Program-made: the position numbers and the translations under genes
NCBI GenBank assembly: GCA_965206595.1
Contig: OZ242214.1
Span: 4,320,001-4,384,000, forward strand
Origin: Candidatus Latescibacterota bacterium
Lineage (GTDB): Bacteria; Latescibacterota; UBA2968; UBA8231
Direction of reading: 5' to 3'
Length of the DNA: 64,000 bases
Shown here: positions 37,355 to 46,613 of the stretch, piece after piece
Numbering within the stretch: the first letter of the stretch is position 1
Layout: the number at the start of each line of letters is the position of its first letter
Notes under the pieces: generated by a model
Told to the model about the DNA's origin: nothing
Databases searched by the model: none
The model's input: the letters and a program-made list of their open reading frames with translations, nothing else

Positions 37355-38155
37355 TCAGTCCAGAACCATGCCGCCGCTGACGTTTATCGTCTGCCCGGTG
37401 ACGTTGCGCGCCTCATCGGAGGCGAGGAAGGCGACCATGTTGCCGATGTCCTCGGGCGACTGCTCGCGCTGCATCGGCGTCGAGTTGGCGATGAACAGGT
37501 CGAACACCTCGCGGGCGCTCTTGCCGGCATAGGCGGGATCCACCTCGGCGAGCTTCGGCGCCAGGGTGTGCCAGAAGTTGGTCCACACGAACCCGGGGCA
37601 TACGGCGTTTACGGTGATGTTGTGCGGTCCCAGGTCCTTGGCGGTCAGCCGCGTCAGGCTGAGCATGGCGTTCTTGGCCGCGGCGTAGGTCGGCAGGAAG
37701 GTCGGGTCGCGTCTGGCGGCGGCGGAAGAGATGTTGACGATCTTGCCGTAGCGGCGCTCGATCATGTGCGGGGCGAGCGCCTTGCAGAGGAAGAAGGGGC
37801 CCTTGACGTGCACGTCGTAGTTGCTGTCCCACTCCTCGCCGGTGAAGTTGGTGAACGGGGCGCCGACGATGCTGCCGAAGTGGCCGGCGTTGTTGACGAG
37901 AATGTCGATATGGCCCAAGCGCTCGATGGCCTGGGCAACGAGGTCCTGGCAGGCGGATTCATCCGTTATGTCGGCGGCGATGGCGATCGCGGTTGTCCCC
38001 TCGCTCTTGAGTTTGTCCGCGGTGGCCCGCGCCCTGTCGCCGTCGATGTCGGTCGCCGCTATCGCCGCCCCTTCGCGCGTCAGGCATTTCGATATGCCGA
38101 TGCCCATGCCGCCCCCGGCGCCGGTGACGATGGCGGTCCTGTCTTTGAGTCGCAT
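37355..38155 (-). CDS. SDR family NAD(P)-dependent oxidoreductase
   Basis: TGAGGGMG, NNAG, YAAAK, VNAVCPG. Confidence 0.93.
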   Translation of the reverse strand: MRLKDRTAIVTGAGGGMGIGISKCLTREGAAIAATDIDGDRARATADKLKSEGTTAIAIAADITDESACQDLVAQAIERLGHIDILVNNAGHFGSIVGAPFTNFTGEEWDSNYDVHVKGPFFLCKALAPHMIERRYGKIVNISSAAARRDPTFLPTYAAAKNAMLSLTRLTAKDLGPHNITVNAVCPGFVWTNFWHTLAPKLAEVDPAYAGKSAREVFDLFIANSTPMQREQSPEDIGNMVAFLASDEARNVTGQTINVSGGMVLD

Positions 38156-38182
38156 GCTGGTCTCCCTTGGATATTTTCGGTT

Positions 38183-39232
38183 TCAGGCCAACTCGGAAGG
38201 CAGGTCGAGTCCGAAGCGGGCGGCCGCGGCCCGCAGCTTGGCCACGGTGCCTGCCGGCAGCGGTATGCCGCGGGCCGATCTCTCTTCGAACGCTTCCTGC
38301 TCGAGGTCGCCGGGCACCTTGAGCGGACCGGCGCCCTCGTGGGTCGGCAGTCCTGCCATGGTGTCGGCGAGCTGGTCGACGTCGTCGCGAAAGGCGTCGA
38401 GGTCGGTGAAGGTGGCGATGTCGATGGCGGCGACGAAGCTGTTCTGCGTTCCCCAGCCGACGTCCCCGCCATGCAGCCACGGGGTCAGCAGCGGGTTGCC
38501 GGACATCAGGCTCGACATGCACTCGAACAGCAGCGCCAGGCCGTACCCCTTGTAGCCTGCGGCGGGGCGGACGAAAGCGGCCTTTGCCGGGTCGGTGGTG
38601 ACGTTGCCGTCCTCGTCGAGGGCCCAGTCGTCGGGAATCGCAAGTCCCTTGTCGAGGGCCACGCCGACCTTGCCGTGGGCGACGACGCTGGTCGCCATGT
38701 CGAGGCTGATCGGGACGCGGTTGCGCCCCGGGGCGGCGATGGCGATCGGGCTGTTGTGGGTGCCCCCCGTCTTCGCCCCCGGCGGCGCCATGTTGGCCGG
38801 ACAGCTGGTCACCACGGCGATGCCGACCAGTCCCTGCGCCGCCGCAAGGTGGGTGTAGTACGCCATGCAGCCCTGGTGGCGGGTGTTGCGAATGAGGCTC
38901 CAGCCGATGCCGACGTCGCGCGCCTTGGCGATCGCCTTGTTCATCGCCGGCACCGTGACCACCGGCCCGAAGGCGTGGTCGGCCTCCATCAGCAGGATCG
39001 CCGCGGTCTCCTTTTCGATCCGCACGTTCGGCCGCGGGCGCACGTACCCCTTGTCGACCCAGTCGATGTACGCCCCGACGAGCTGCACCCCGTGCGAGTC
39101 GACGCCGCGCATGTTGCTCCACACCAGGACCTCGGCCTCGAGGGCCGCGTCTTCGTCCGGCATTCCCAGGGCGGCGAATATCCGCGTCGCAAACTCCTGC
39201 AGCCGCCCTTCTTCGATCCGCGCATCACTCAT
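38183..39232 (-). CDS. Ldh2/AllD-type (malate/L-lactate/sulfolactate) oxidoreductase
   Basis: RGVDSHG, NSPIAIAAP, LDMATS, GYKGYGL, VPGD. Confidence 0.9.
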   Translation of the reverse strand: MSDARIEEGRLQEFATRIFAALGMPDEDAALEAEVLVWSNMRGVDSHGVQLVGAYIDWVDKGYVRPRPNVRIEKETAAILLMEADHAFGPVVTVPAMNKAIAKARDVGIGWSLIRNTRHQGCMAYYTHLAAAQGLVGIAVVTSCPANMAPPGAKTGGTHNSPIAIAAPGRNRVPISLDMATSVVAHGKVGVALDKGLAIPDDWALDEDGNVTTDPAKAAFVRPAAGYKGYGLALLFECMSSLMSGNPLLTPWLHGGDVGWGTQNSFVAAIDIATFTDLDAFRDDVDQLADTMAGLPTHEGAGPLKVPGDLEQEAFEERSARGIPLPAGTVAKLRAAAARFGLDLPSELA

Positions 39233-39396
39233 GTCGTCTGTCGTCCTGTCTCATGTTCCCTCGCTGTTGTTGGCGCGAATCTGCCACGGCCCTCCGGCGT
39301 GCCGCTTGCCTGCCTGACTCTGCTTCCTCGCGAATCGCCGATGCCTTCGACCTCGGGGCTGGCGGCAGTTCCATCCGTTTTTGAAAGGAAGGCAGA

Positions 39397-40632
39397 TCAG
39401 CCGCCCTCCATGGACTGTATGCTGTAGTAGCCGGCGTAGAACTCCCGGCTCAGGTCGCGCACCCAGTCGCGGTCCCCGGCCTGCTCCCCGAACCTGAGCA
39501 ACCCGAACTCCTCCAGCTCCTCGTCGGGCTCGCCGCCGGTTGCCCACTCCGCGAGCCAGCGGCCGACCGCGGCCGATCCGGCGATGCCGACCGCGGCGCA
39601 TCCCGAGGCGACGATCAGCCCCTCGGCTCCCGGCACCGGGCCGATGAGATAGCGGCCGTCAGGGGCGAAGGTGGTGATTCCCTGGCGGTACTCGGCTATC
39701 TCGAGGTCGGCGAGCACCGGAAAGCAAGGGGCCAGCCGGCTCCTGGCCTCGGCGATGGTGGCCAGCGGTTCGGCGACGTCGCTGCTGCGGAAGCCGGCGG
39801 GAAGCCCGTCCAGGTCTATGAGGTGGGGCTCCGGCTCGAAGAAGCCGTACAGGTACCCGCCCTGGTCGGGGCGCAGGTAGCAGCTGACGTCGGTGACGCG
39901 GATCACGGGATGGTCCTCCGGGATGCCGGCGACCGGCACGGTGCGGGCGCGCTGGTGGCGTATCGTCTGCATCGGCAGCTCGAGGCCGGCGAGCCGGGCG
40001 ATTCTCCCGGTCCAGGGGCCGCAGGCGACGATCACCCGCTCCGCGGCCCGCGGTCCGCTGTCGGTGCTCACGCCGCGCACCCTGCCGTTTTCCACGGCGA
40101 GGCCGGTCACCTCGACCCCGCATTCGATTTCGACGCCCCCTTCCCTCGCCGCGGCGCCGTAGGCGAGGGCGCACTGACGCGCGTCGACGTACCCGTCCCC
40201 CTCGACGAAAAGCCCCCCAGGCAGCCGCTCGACCTCCATCTCCGGGCACATCCTCTTCATCTCGCCGCAACCGGTCACCGCGGCCCGCACCCCGGTCCGG
40301 TCGGCGAGATCGATCAGTCTCCGGTACGCCTCCATGCGCTCCTCGGTGAGGGCGACCATCAGGCTGCCGGGCCGGCGCAGGCCGGGGTCGTGGCCGGTTT
40401 CCCCGGCGAAGCGGTCGAGCAGGTCGAGGGCGTAGCGGATGGCGGCGCACATGGTCTGCGAGGAGCGTATCTGCCCGACGAGCCCGGCGGCCCTCGGGGT
40501 GGTTTCGTCGGCGAGGTCGGCGTTGCGCTCCAGCAGGCGCACGCTGCCGGCGCCGCGGGCGGAGAGATGGTAGGCGGTGCTCAGCCCCCAGATGCCGCCG
40601 CCGACCACGAGGAAGTCGGAGGGTTTTCTTAT
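39397..40632 (-). CDS. FAD-dependent oxidoreductase (DAO/sarcosine/dimethylglycine oxidase family)
   Basis: DFLVVGGGIWGLSTAYHL, TTPRAAG, TFAPDG; first canonical start is GTG at 40608, likely true start is ATA at 40632. Confidence 0.85.
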   Translation of the reverse strand: MRKPSDFLVVGGGIWGLSTAYHLSARGAGSVRLLERNADLADETTPRAAGLVGQIRSSQTMCAAIRYALDLLDRFAGETGHDPGLRRPGSLMVALTEERMEAYRRLIDLADRTGVRAAVTGCGEMKRMCPEMEVERLPGGLFVEGDGYVDARQCALAYGAAAREGGVEIECGVEVTGLAVENGRVRGVSTDSGPRAAERVIVACGPWTGRIARLAGLELPMQTIRHQRARTVPVAGIPEDHPVIRVTDVSCYLRPDQGGYLYGFFEPEPHLIDLDGLPAGFRSSDVAEPLATIAEARSRLAPCFPVLADLEIAEYRQGITTFAPDGRYLIGPVPGAEGLIVASGCAAVGIAGSAAVGRWLAEWATGGEPDEELEEFGLLRFGEQAGDRDWVRDLSREFYAGYYSIQSMEGG

Positions 40633-40713
40633 CTTGAGACCTTTTGGATCAGACCTGGCAAAATGGTAAATGACGAGTGGTTTCAGGAGATGGAACTGCC
40701 GAAAGCAAAACCC

Positions 40714-41058
40714 TCATCCAGTGAGAAGGACCGTCAGCTTTTCCATGACTTCCCCCACCACCTGCGCCGGGGCTCGACACCCGAAGCCGGTTCGTCGTGC
40801 CCGCCAGTCCAGGCTCTTGACCTGGTCGGCCAGGACGACACCGGTAACGGGACTGGCGGGTGGGAGGGAAACCTCGAAGGGGTAGCCCTTGACCCTGGAA
40901 GTGATGGGGCAGCATAACGCCAGAGAGGTTTTCTCGTTGTAGCTTTGCGGACTGAGGACCAGCGCGGGCCGCCCCCCAGCCTGTTCATGTCCAGCCTGGG
41001 GAGAAAAGGCAAGCCAGACAATGTCCCCCCTGCCCGGGACATACCCTCGCTCTACCAT
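40714..41058 (-). CDS. mazF: MazF/PemK endoribonuclease toxin
   Basis: RGDIVWLAFSPQAGHEQAGGRPALVLS, CPITS, DQVKSLDWRAR. Confidence 0.95.
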   Translation of the reverse strand: MVERGYVPGRGDIVWLAFSPQAGHEQAGGRPALVLSPQSYNEKTSLALCCPITSRVKGYPFEVSLPPASPVTGVVLADQVKSLDWRARRTGFGCRAPAQVVGEVMEKLTVLLTG

Positions 41059-41291
41059 GCCTCGTTGCCCTGGGCCGGGCCGGTGTCCGCCTCGGGATGA
41101 AGATTGTCCTCCGTCACCTGGTCCAGCATGTCGTCCAGGTTATAGGTCTTCTTGCGCATCACGACCTGGTCGCCCTGCGAGATCATCTCGATGGAAGAGC
41201 CTTCCTGAACGCCCCATTGCTCGGCGATCGGCTTGGGGATGCGCACGGCCAGGCTGGTGCCCCATCTGGCGATGTGGGATTTCGCTCCCAT
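41052..41291 (-). CDS. mazE: MazE/AbrB antitoxin
   Basis: WGTSLAVRIPK...YNLDDML...DTGPAQGNEAW; overlaps mazF start. Confidence 0.92.
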   Translation of the reverse strand: MGAKSHIARWGTSLAVRIPKPIAEQWGVQEGSSIEMISQGDQVVMRKKTYNLDDMLDQVTEDNLHPEADTGPAQGNEAW

Positions 41292-41308
41292 ACGAATACC
41301 TCCCGGTG

Positions 41309-41322
41309 TTGTATATATACAA
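41309..41322. promoter_or_regulatory. Palindromic operator of mazEF
   Basis: Perfect 14-bp palindrome TTGTATATATACAA just upstream of the mazE RBS. Confidence 0.7.
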
Positions 41323-41383
41323 TATATATCTTTTGCAGCGATACCCTCCAAGCGGCCCCCTTTCCGATTCAAACCATTCCTGC

Positions 41384-42187
41384 CTAGACCCGCCCGTCGA
41401 ATTCGCGCCCCCGGACCAGCATGAAGCGAAACTCGCCGGGCGGCTTCCCGCACTCCATCATCAGGCGCTGATCCTCGTTCCCGCTGCCGAGGTACATGGT
41501 CTCGGATCGGATGTAGTGGAGGGCCAGGCCGCGCCGCCGGTCGGGGGTGGAGTTGGCGCCGGTGCGGTGGAAGTTGAGACCGTGGTGGAACAGGCAGGAG
41601 CCGGCCGGCAATTCCACCGGAACCGGTTCGGGGAGCAGGGGATCGTCGAGGAAGCGGGCTTTCCGCTCCGGGGTGATCGGCCCCCACTTGTGGCTTCCCG
41701 GCAGCACCGTCATGCAGCCGTTTTCCACCGTGGCGTCGTCGAGGGCGACCCAGCATGAGACGTGGTCCTGCGGTGCGAACTGGGGCCAGGCCACCGAGTC
41801 CTGGTGCCAGTCGGTGACGGTGCCGTGATAGCGGGCCTTCATCATCAACTGGTCGCAGTAGAGCTTGATGTTGGGCCCCAGCAGCTCCTCGATGACGTCG
41901 ACGATGGCCTCCTTGCGGGCGGCTGCTTCGAACAAGGGGTCGAAATAGCACAGGTGGGTCATCTTGCGCACCTGGTCGAGGCGGTCGACGCCGTCGCCGT
42001 CCTCCTGGCGGAAGGCGGCTTCAAGCTGGATGTAGCGCGGGGGGACGTGATCCGCTTCGCCCCGGGCTATCTCCTCGCTGCGCCGGCGCAGGTCAGCGAG
42101 TTCGCCGTCGGAGAGGACGCGGTCGAAGGGCAGGTAGCCCTGTTCCTCGAAATGGGTCTTCTGCGCCTGGGTCAGGGTCATGGTCAT
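41384..42187 (-). CDS. Phytanoyl-CoA dioxygenase (PhyH) family Fe/2OG enzyme
   Basis: WHQD, WVALDDATVENGCMTVLPGSH, H...N.T...RR. Confidence 0.92.
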   Translation of the reverse strand: MTMTLTQAQKTHFEEQGYLPFDRVLSDGELADLRRRSEEIARGEADHVPPRYIQLEAAFRQEDGDGVDRLDQVRKMTHLCYFDPLFEAAARKEAIVDVIEELLGPNIKLYCDQLMMKARYHGTVTDWHQDSVAWPQFAPQDHVSCWVALDDATVENGCMTVLPGSHKWGPITPERKARFLDDPLLPEPVPVELPAGSCLFHHGLNFHRTGANSTPDRRRGLALHYIRSETMYLGSGNEDQRLMMECGKPPGEFRFMLVRGREFDGRV

Positions 42188-43212
42188 TCCCTCGGGAGAG
42201 GCAGGTCGATTCTGGCGTTGTCCCGGGCCTGGGACTGCAGGGCCGCGAGCATGATTTCCAGGGTGTCGCGGGCCCGCCGCGGGGGCGAGCTGCTCACCGC
42301 CGTCCCTTCGATCATCTGGGCCAGCTCCTCTACCGCGGGGATGAGGGCGGCCCCGAAGGGGTCCGGGTAGGCGGCACTGGTGTCGGAGGAGACCGGGATC
42401 AGGTTCCCCTGGGACTCCGAGGTGGTCCAGACCTGGCAGTGCTGGTCGCTGACCACGATGCGTCCGTTCGGTCCCTGCAGGTCGTACTCGGAGAACTGCG
42501 GTGTCAGCTTGGCGCTGTTGACCAGGGCGCGGACCCCGTTGGCGAATTCGAGGATCAGGGTCGAGCCCGGGTCGTACTGCGGATCCCTGCCTCCCTTGCC
42601 GTCGTACACCAGGCCGTACTCCTCGAAGCCGCGTTCGTGGGCGGCGATCACCCAGACCGGCTCCGCCTCGGCATAGTAGCAGACCGCGTCGACGATGTGG
42701 GTGCCGTTGCGGAAGAGCATGGAGCGCCGGCCCCCCATGTGGGCGACGATGCGGGTCAAGGGCCCCAGGGTGCCCTCGCGCACGGCCTGGCGCATTTCCC
42801 GGTAGCGGGGAATCCAGCTGCGGGTGTGGTCGACGGACATGCAGGTGCCGTTGCCCTCCACCGTGGCGATCATGCGGTCGGCGTCCGCCAGGGTGGTGGC
42901 CAGCGGTTTCTCGCAGAAGATCCCCCTGACGCCGGCCTCCGAGGCATCGCAGGTCGCCCCGGCGTGCAGGTGATCGGGGGTGGCGACGCTGACCACGTCG
43001 AGGTTTTCCCGCTCCAGCATGAGGCGGTAGTCGGTGTATTCGCCGATGCTGCCCGCGGGAATTTCGGCGCGCTCGTAGAAGCGCGGCATGACCCCGGGGT
43101 CGATGTCGCAGACGGCGACCAGGTCGTACCGGGGGGAACGGGCGTAGGCGTAGGCGTGGGAGCCGCCGAGGCCGCCGCCGATTACCGCGGCGCGCAGGGT
43201 GTCGTCGCCCAT
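42184..43212 (-). CDS. Gfo/Idh/MocA family oxidoreductase
   Basis: DVVSVATPDHLH, CEKP, GTHIVD. Confidence 0.92.
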   Translation of the reverse strand: MGDDTLRAAVIGGGLGGSHAYAYARSPRYDLVAVCDIDPGVMPRFYERAEIPAGSIGEYTDYRLMLERENLDVVSVATPDHLHAGATCDASEAGVRGIFCEKPLATTLADADRMIATVEGNGTCMSVDHTRSWIPRYREMRQAVREGTLGPLTRIVAHMGGRRSMLFRNGTHIVDAVCYYAEAEPVWVIAAHERGFEEYGLVYDGKGGRDPQYDPGSTLILEFANGVRALVNSAKLTPQFSEYDLQGPNGRIVVSDQHCQVWTTSESQGNLIPVSSDTSAAYPDPFGAALIPAVEELAQMIEGTAVSSSPPRRARDTLEIMLAALQSQARDNARIDLPLPRE

Positions 43213-43233
43213 GTCATCTCCTTTTCACGTACA

Positions 43234-43405
43234 GGGGGGGTCTCCGCCGGCAGGCCGGGAATGCCTACCCCCGGTCGCGTTGACCTGTGGCGCGAAAGGC
43301 CCGCGTGCCGGCAGAGCTCCGGGGGTTCCTCCGCTGGCAGGCAGGACATGCCCCGGCGGCGTTGGCCAGGTGAGTCAAAGGCCCGCGCGCCGGCGGCTCC
43401 GGGGG
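43234..43405. repeat. Tandem ~85-bp degenerate palindromic repeat (2 units)
   Basis: Units CTCCGCCGGCAGG...AAAGGCCCGCGTGCCGGCAGAGCTCCGGGGG and CTCCGCTGGCAGG...AAAGGCCCGCGCGCCGGCGGCTCCGGGGG. Confidence 0.7.
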
Positions 43406-43425
43406 ATTCGGCTGACAAACCCCCC

Positions 43426-44787
43426 TCAGACGATGCCGAAAGCGAGCATGGCGTCGGCGACCTTGCGGAAGCCGGCGATGTTGGCCCCGGCGAGGTAGTC
43501 GATGCTTCCGTCCTCGCCGCGGCCGTGCTCGGCGCAGCGGGCGTGGATGTCGTCCATGATCTGCTCGAGTTGCCGCTCCATGTCTTCCAGGGTCCACGAG
43601 AGGCGGGCGGAGTTCTGGCTCATCTCGAGACCGGAGACGGCGACGCCGCCGGCGTTGGCCGCCTTGGCCGGTCCGAACAGCACCCCGGCCTCCCGGAACA
43701 GCTCGACGGCGTCCGACTCGCTCGGCATGTTGGCCCCCTCGCAGACGGCGCGCACGCCGTTGCCGATCAGTGTCTGGGCGTCCTCTGCCGACACCTCGTT
43801 CTGGGTGGCGCAGGGCAGGGCTACGTCGCAGGGCACGCCCCAGGGGCGGGCCCCGGCGTGGTAGGCGACGCCCGGGTATGCGTCGGCATATTCCGAGATG
43901 CGCCCGCGGTGCACCTCCTTGAGGTCCTTGAGGAAGGCGAGCTTCTCCTCGCCGATGCCGTCCGGGTCGTGCACGAACCCTGCTGAATCGGACAGGGTCT
44001 GCACCCGGCCCCCGAGCTGGATCAGCTTCTCCGCGGCGTGCAGCGAGACGTTGCCCGAACCGGAGATGTTGGCGCGCAGCCCCTCCATCCCCTCGCCGGC
44101 CTCGGCGAGCATGTGCGACAGGAAAAGCACCGCCCCGTACCCGGTCGCCTCGCTGCGGATCAAGCTGCCCCCGAACTCGAGCCCCTTGCCGGTGAGCACC
44201 CCCTCGAAGGCCCCGGTGATGCGCTTGTACTGGCCGAACATGAAGCCGATCTCGCGCGCCCCGACGCCGATGTCGCCGGCGGGAACGTCGACGTGGGAAC
44301 CGATGTGGCGGTAGAGCTCGGTGGTGAAGGCCTGGCAGAAGCGCATCACCTCGCCGTCCGACTTCCCCTTGGGGTTGAAGTTGGCGCCCCCCTTGCCGGC
44401 CCCCATCGGCAGGCCGGTCAGGCTGTTCTTGAAGGTCTGCTCGAAGGCGAGGAACTTGAGCACGCTCGGGGTCACGGTGTGCGAGAAACGCAGTCCCCCC
44501 TTGTAGGGGCCGATGGCGTTGTTCATCTGCACGCGGTAGCCGCGGTTGACGCGGATCTCGCCGGCGTCGTCCTGCCAGGAGACGCGGAAGGAGACGGTCC
44601 GGTCCGGCTCGGTCATGCGCTCGAGGATCCGGAACTCCCGGTAGACGGGGTGGCGGTCGATGTAGGGCAGCAGCGCTTCGGCCACCTCGCGGACCGCCTG
44701 GTGAAACTCCACCTCGTCCGGGTTGCGCACCGCCAGGCCGTCCATGAACCGGGCGAGCTCGGGATGGGGTTCTTTTCTGTCTGTCAT
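43426..44787 (-). CDS. gdhA: NADP-specific glutamate dehydrogenase
   Basis: GPYKGGLRF, FEQTFKNSLT, DVPAGDIGVG, ATGYG, KAANAGGVAVSGLEMSQN. Confidence 0.96.
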   Translation of the reverse strand: MTDRKEPHPELARFMDGLAVRNPDEVEFHQAVREVAEALLPYIDRHPVYREFRILERMTEPDRTVSFRVSWQDDAGEIRVNRGYRVQMNNAIGPYKGGLRFSHTVTPSVLKFLAFEQTFKNSLTGLPMGAGKGGANFNPKGKSDGEVMRFCQAFTTELYRHIGSHVDVPAGDIGVGAREIGFMFGQYKRITGAFEGVLTGKGLEFGGSLIRSEATGYGAVLFLSHMLAEAGEGMEGLRANISGSGNVSLHAAEKLIQLGGRVQTLSDSAGFVHDPDGIGEEKLAFLKDLKEVHRGRISEYADAYPGVAYHAGARPWGVPCDVALPCATQNEVSAEDAQTLIGNGVRAVCEGANMPSESDAVELFREAGVLFGPAKAANAGGVAVSGLEMSQNSARLSWTLEDMERQLEQIMDDIHARCAEHGRGEDGSIDYLAGANIAGFRKVADAMLAFGIV

Positions 44788-44819
44788 GTATCAGATCCTC
44801 GGTGTGAATGGGGTGTGCG

Positions 44820-46613
44820 TCATGTTTCCTCTCCTGGCTTGGCCGACTCGAAGAGCGCCGTTAGTAGATCGAGCTTCCGGGAGACCTCCTCCGGGATAGC
44901 GGCTGGATCCACGAAGTCGATGAGCCGGTGCAGTTCTCCTTTGCGCAGGAGCATAGCGTGGTTCAGCCGTTCTGCAAGGCGGCGAAAGAACTCCTCGGCG
45001 AAGTCGCTGAGCTTGACCTGGGCCGTGGCCGCCGCCCACAACAGGCGGGCTCCGTCGGGGTCGAGCCCCTTCCAGGTAGCAAAGTCCGCTGCGCGTCCGC
45101 CGAAGACGCGCTCCAGTATCAGTTCGTCGAGGACTTCCGCCGTCTCCTTGCGGAAACCGCCGAAGAGCGTCATGTCCCTGTAGTGATGGGCGGCGTAACT
45201 CGCGAGCACACCAGGTGTTACGAAATAGTTCTCCACCTCGTAGCGTGCCCAGTAGGCGGTCCGAAGCCCACCTTCATCGGAGTCTTCCCGCACCTTGCCG
45301 TCGCTGTCGAGAATCGCCAACCCCTTGAGTTCGGGCACCATCCCACGCAGGGCGAAGAAATGCCGGTCCGGGGTCAGGCCAAAGCCCCCCTCCACGCGCT
45401 CGAGCTCCGAATTCATGTCGGCGTCGGGGAAGTTGTCCTGCACGTAGAAAGCGTTGATGCGCTCGTCCCAGGTATCGACGGCTCCATGCCCCAGCCTTTG
45501 CCCAAGCGCCCGCAGGTTGTCGAGATCGCTACCTCCCTCGACGTAGAGAACGTAGCCGCGCTGGCGCGCCCGCACGTAATGGTGGGCCCCGTAATGCTTG
45601 AGGGCGTTACGGATCTCGGTTTTTGCGGCGAGGTCGTCTGCCTGTCCCTCGAGCAGCAGCGTGAGGTTGTGGTCGAGGGCTTCCTGAAGGATGACGTCGG
45701 AGTGGGTGACGAGGACGACCTGCGACTCGTTGCGTGTGGCGATCTCGCGCAGCAATACGTAGACCTGCTTTTGACGCAGGATTTCGAGATGGGCGTCGGG
45801 CTCGTCGATCAGGAGCACGCTGTACCGGTGCGAGTACAGGTAGGCGAAAATGAGCAACATCTGCTGGAGTCCTCGTCCCGCAAGGGCCACGTCGAGCCGT
45901 TCCCTGACATGGTTCTGGCGGTAGAAGAGGTCGATGCCGCCGCGGGCGGTTTCCGCGGGATCCTCCAGCTTCACCCTGAAAAGTCGCTCCATCAGTTCAG
46001 CAATCTCTTTCCAGTCTTCAGGAGCCTTCCTGAACACCATCAAGCAGAGATTGCGCAGAACCTGAGCCGTCTGTCCCTGGCCCAGCAGCACGCCTATGCG
46101 TCCTGGCTGGAGGAGGGGTTCTTCGGTCTCGATTCCTGACATCGGATAAAGCAGTTCGACGTTAATGCTCGCCGCCCTCTTGATGAGCTCGGGTCTGCCA
46201 AGGGTCGTTTCGTCAGGGGTGCAATAGACCAACTCGCTTCCCTGGTTACGAAACCGCATGGTGACGGGCTCGACCTTGTTCTCGTGAAGGACCCCCAGGG
46301 TTATCAGCAACTCGATGTCGCGATTTCCCGTGCGAACGGCTGCGTTGTGCCAGAAGTAACGCGTCCGCTGTACCGGAACCGAGATGATGCTGAGCCGGTT
46401 CAAAGAGGTCGACGTGCGCTCTCTGGGGGGTGCTTGCCCCTTGTTGTCGAACCAGGTTTTTACTGCTTGCGACCAAAGGGCGATCGCCTGGATGGCGGTG
46501 GTCTTTCCGCAGTTGTTCGGACCGATGAGGACGGTCGGATGGCCCAGATCGATGCGCTCAGTTTCCCCGAAACGCTTGAAGTTGTGGATCTCCAGGTAGT
46601 GGAGCAGTCTCAT
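44820..46613 (-). CDS. ABC-type (AAA_15/21) ATPase fused to TOPRIM-like domain (OLD/PARIS-like)
   Basis: IHNFKRF, Walker A GPNNCGKTT, signature AGRGLQQ, Walker B IDEPDAHL, VTHS; TOPRIM YVEGGSD...ILDSD and YEVENY. Confidence 0.8.
   Translation of the reverse strand: MRLLHYLEIHNFKRFGETERIDLGHPTVLIGPNNCGKTTAIQAIALWSQAVKTWFDNKGQAPPRERTSTSLNRLSIISVPVQRTRYFWHNAAVRTGNRDIELLITLGVLHENKVEPVTMRFRNQGSELVYCTPDETTLGRPELIKRAASINVELLYPMSGIETEEPLLQPGRIGVLLGQGQTAQVLRNLCLMVFRKAPEDWKEIAELMERLFRVKLEDPAETARGGIDLFYRQNHVRERLDVALAGRGLQQMLLIFAYLYSHRYSVLLIDEPDAHLEILRQKQVYVLLREIATRNESQVVLVTHSDVILQEALDHNLTLLLEGQADDLAAKTEIRNALKHYGAHHYVRARQRGYVLYVEGGSDLDNLRALGQRLGHGAVDTWDERINAFYVQDNFPDADMNSELERVEGGFGLTPDRHFFALRGMVPELKGLAILDSDGKVREDSDEGGLRTAYWARYEVENYFVTPGVLASYAAHHYRDMTLFGGFRKETAEVLDELILERVFGGRAADFATWKGLDPDGARLLWAAATAQVKLSDFAEEFFRRLAERLNHAMLLRKGELHRLIDFVDPAAIPEEVSRKLDLLTALFESAKPGEET

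Noticed and set aside
40633-41384. Gene-end duplication around mazEF like the other TA modules
   Set aside because: The flanks show no convincing similarity to the PhyH 3' end or the oxidoreductase 5' end
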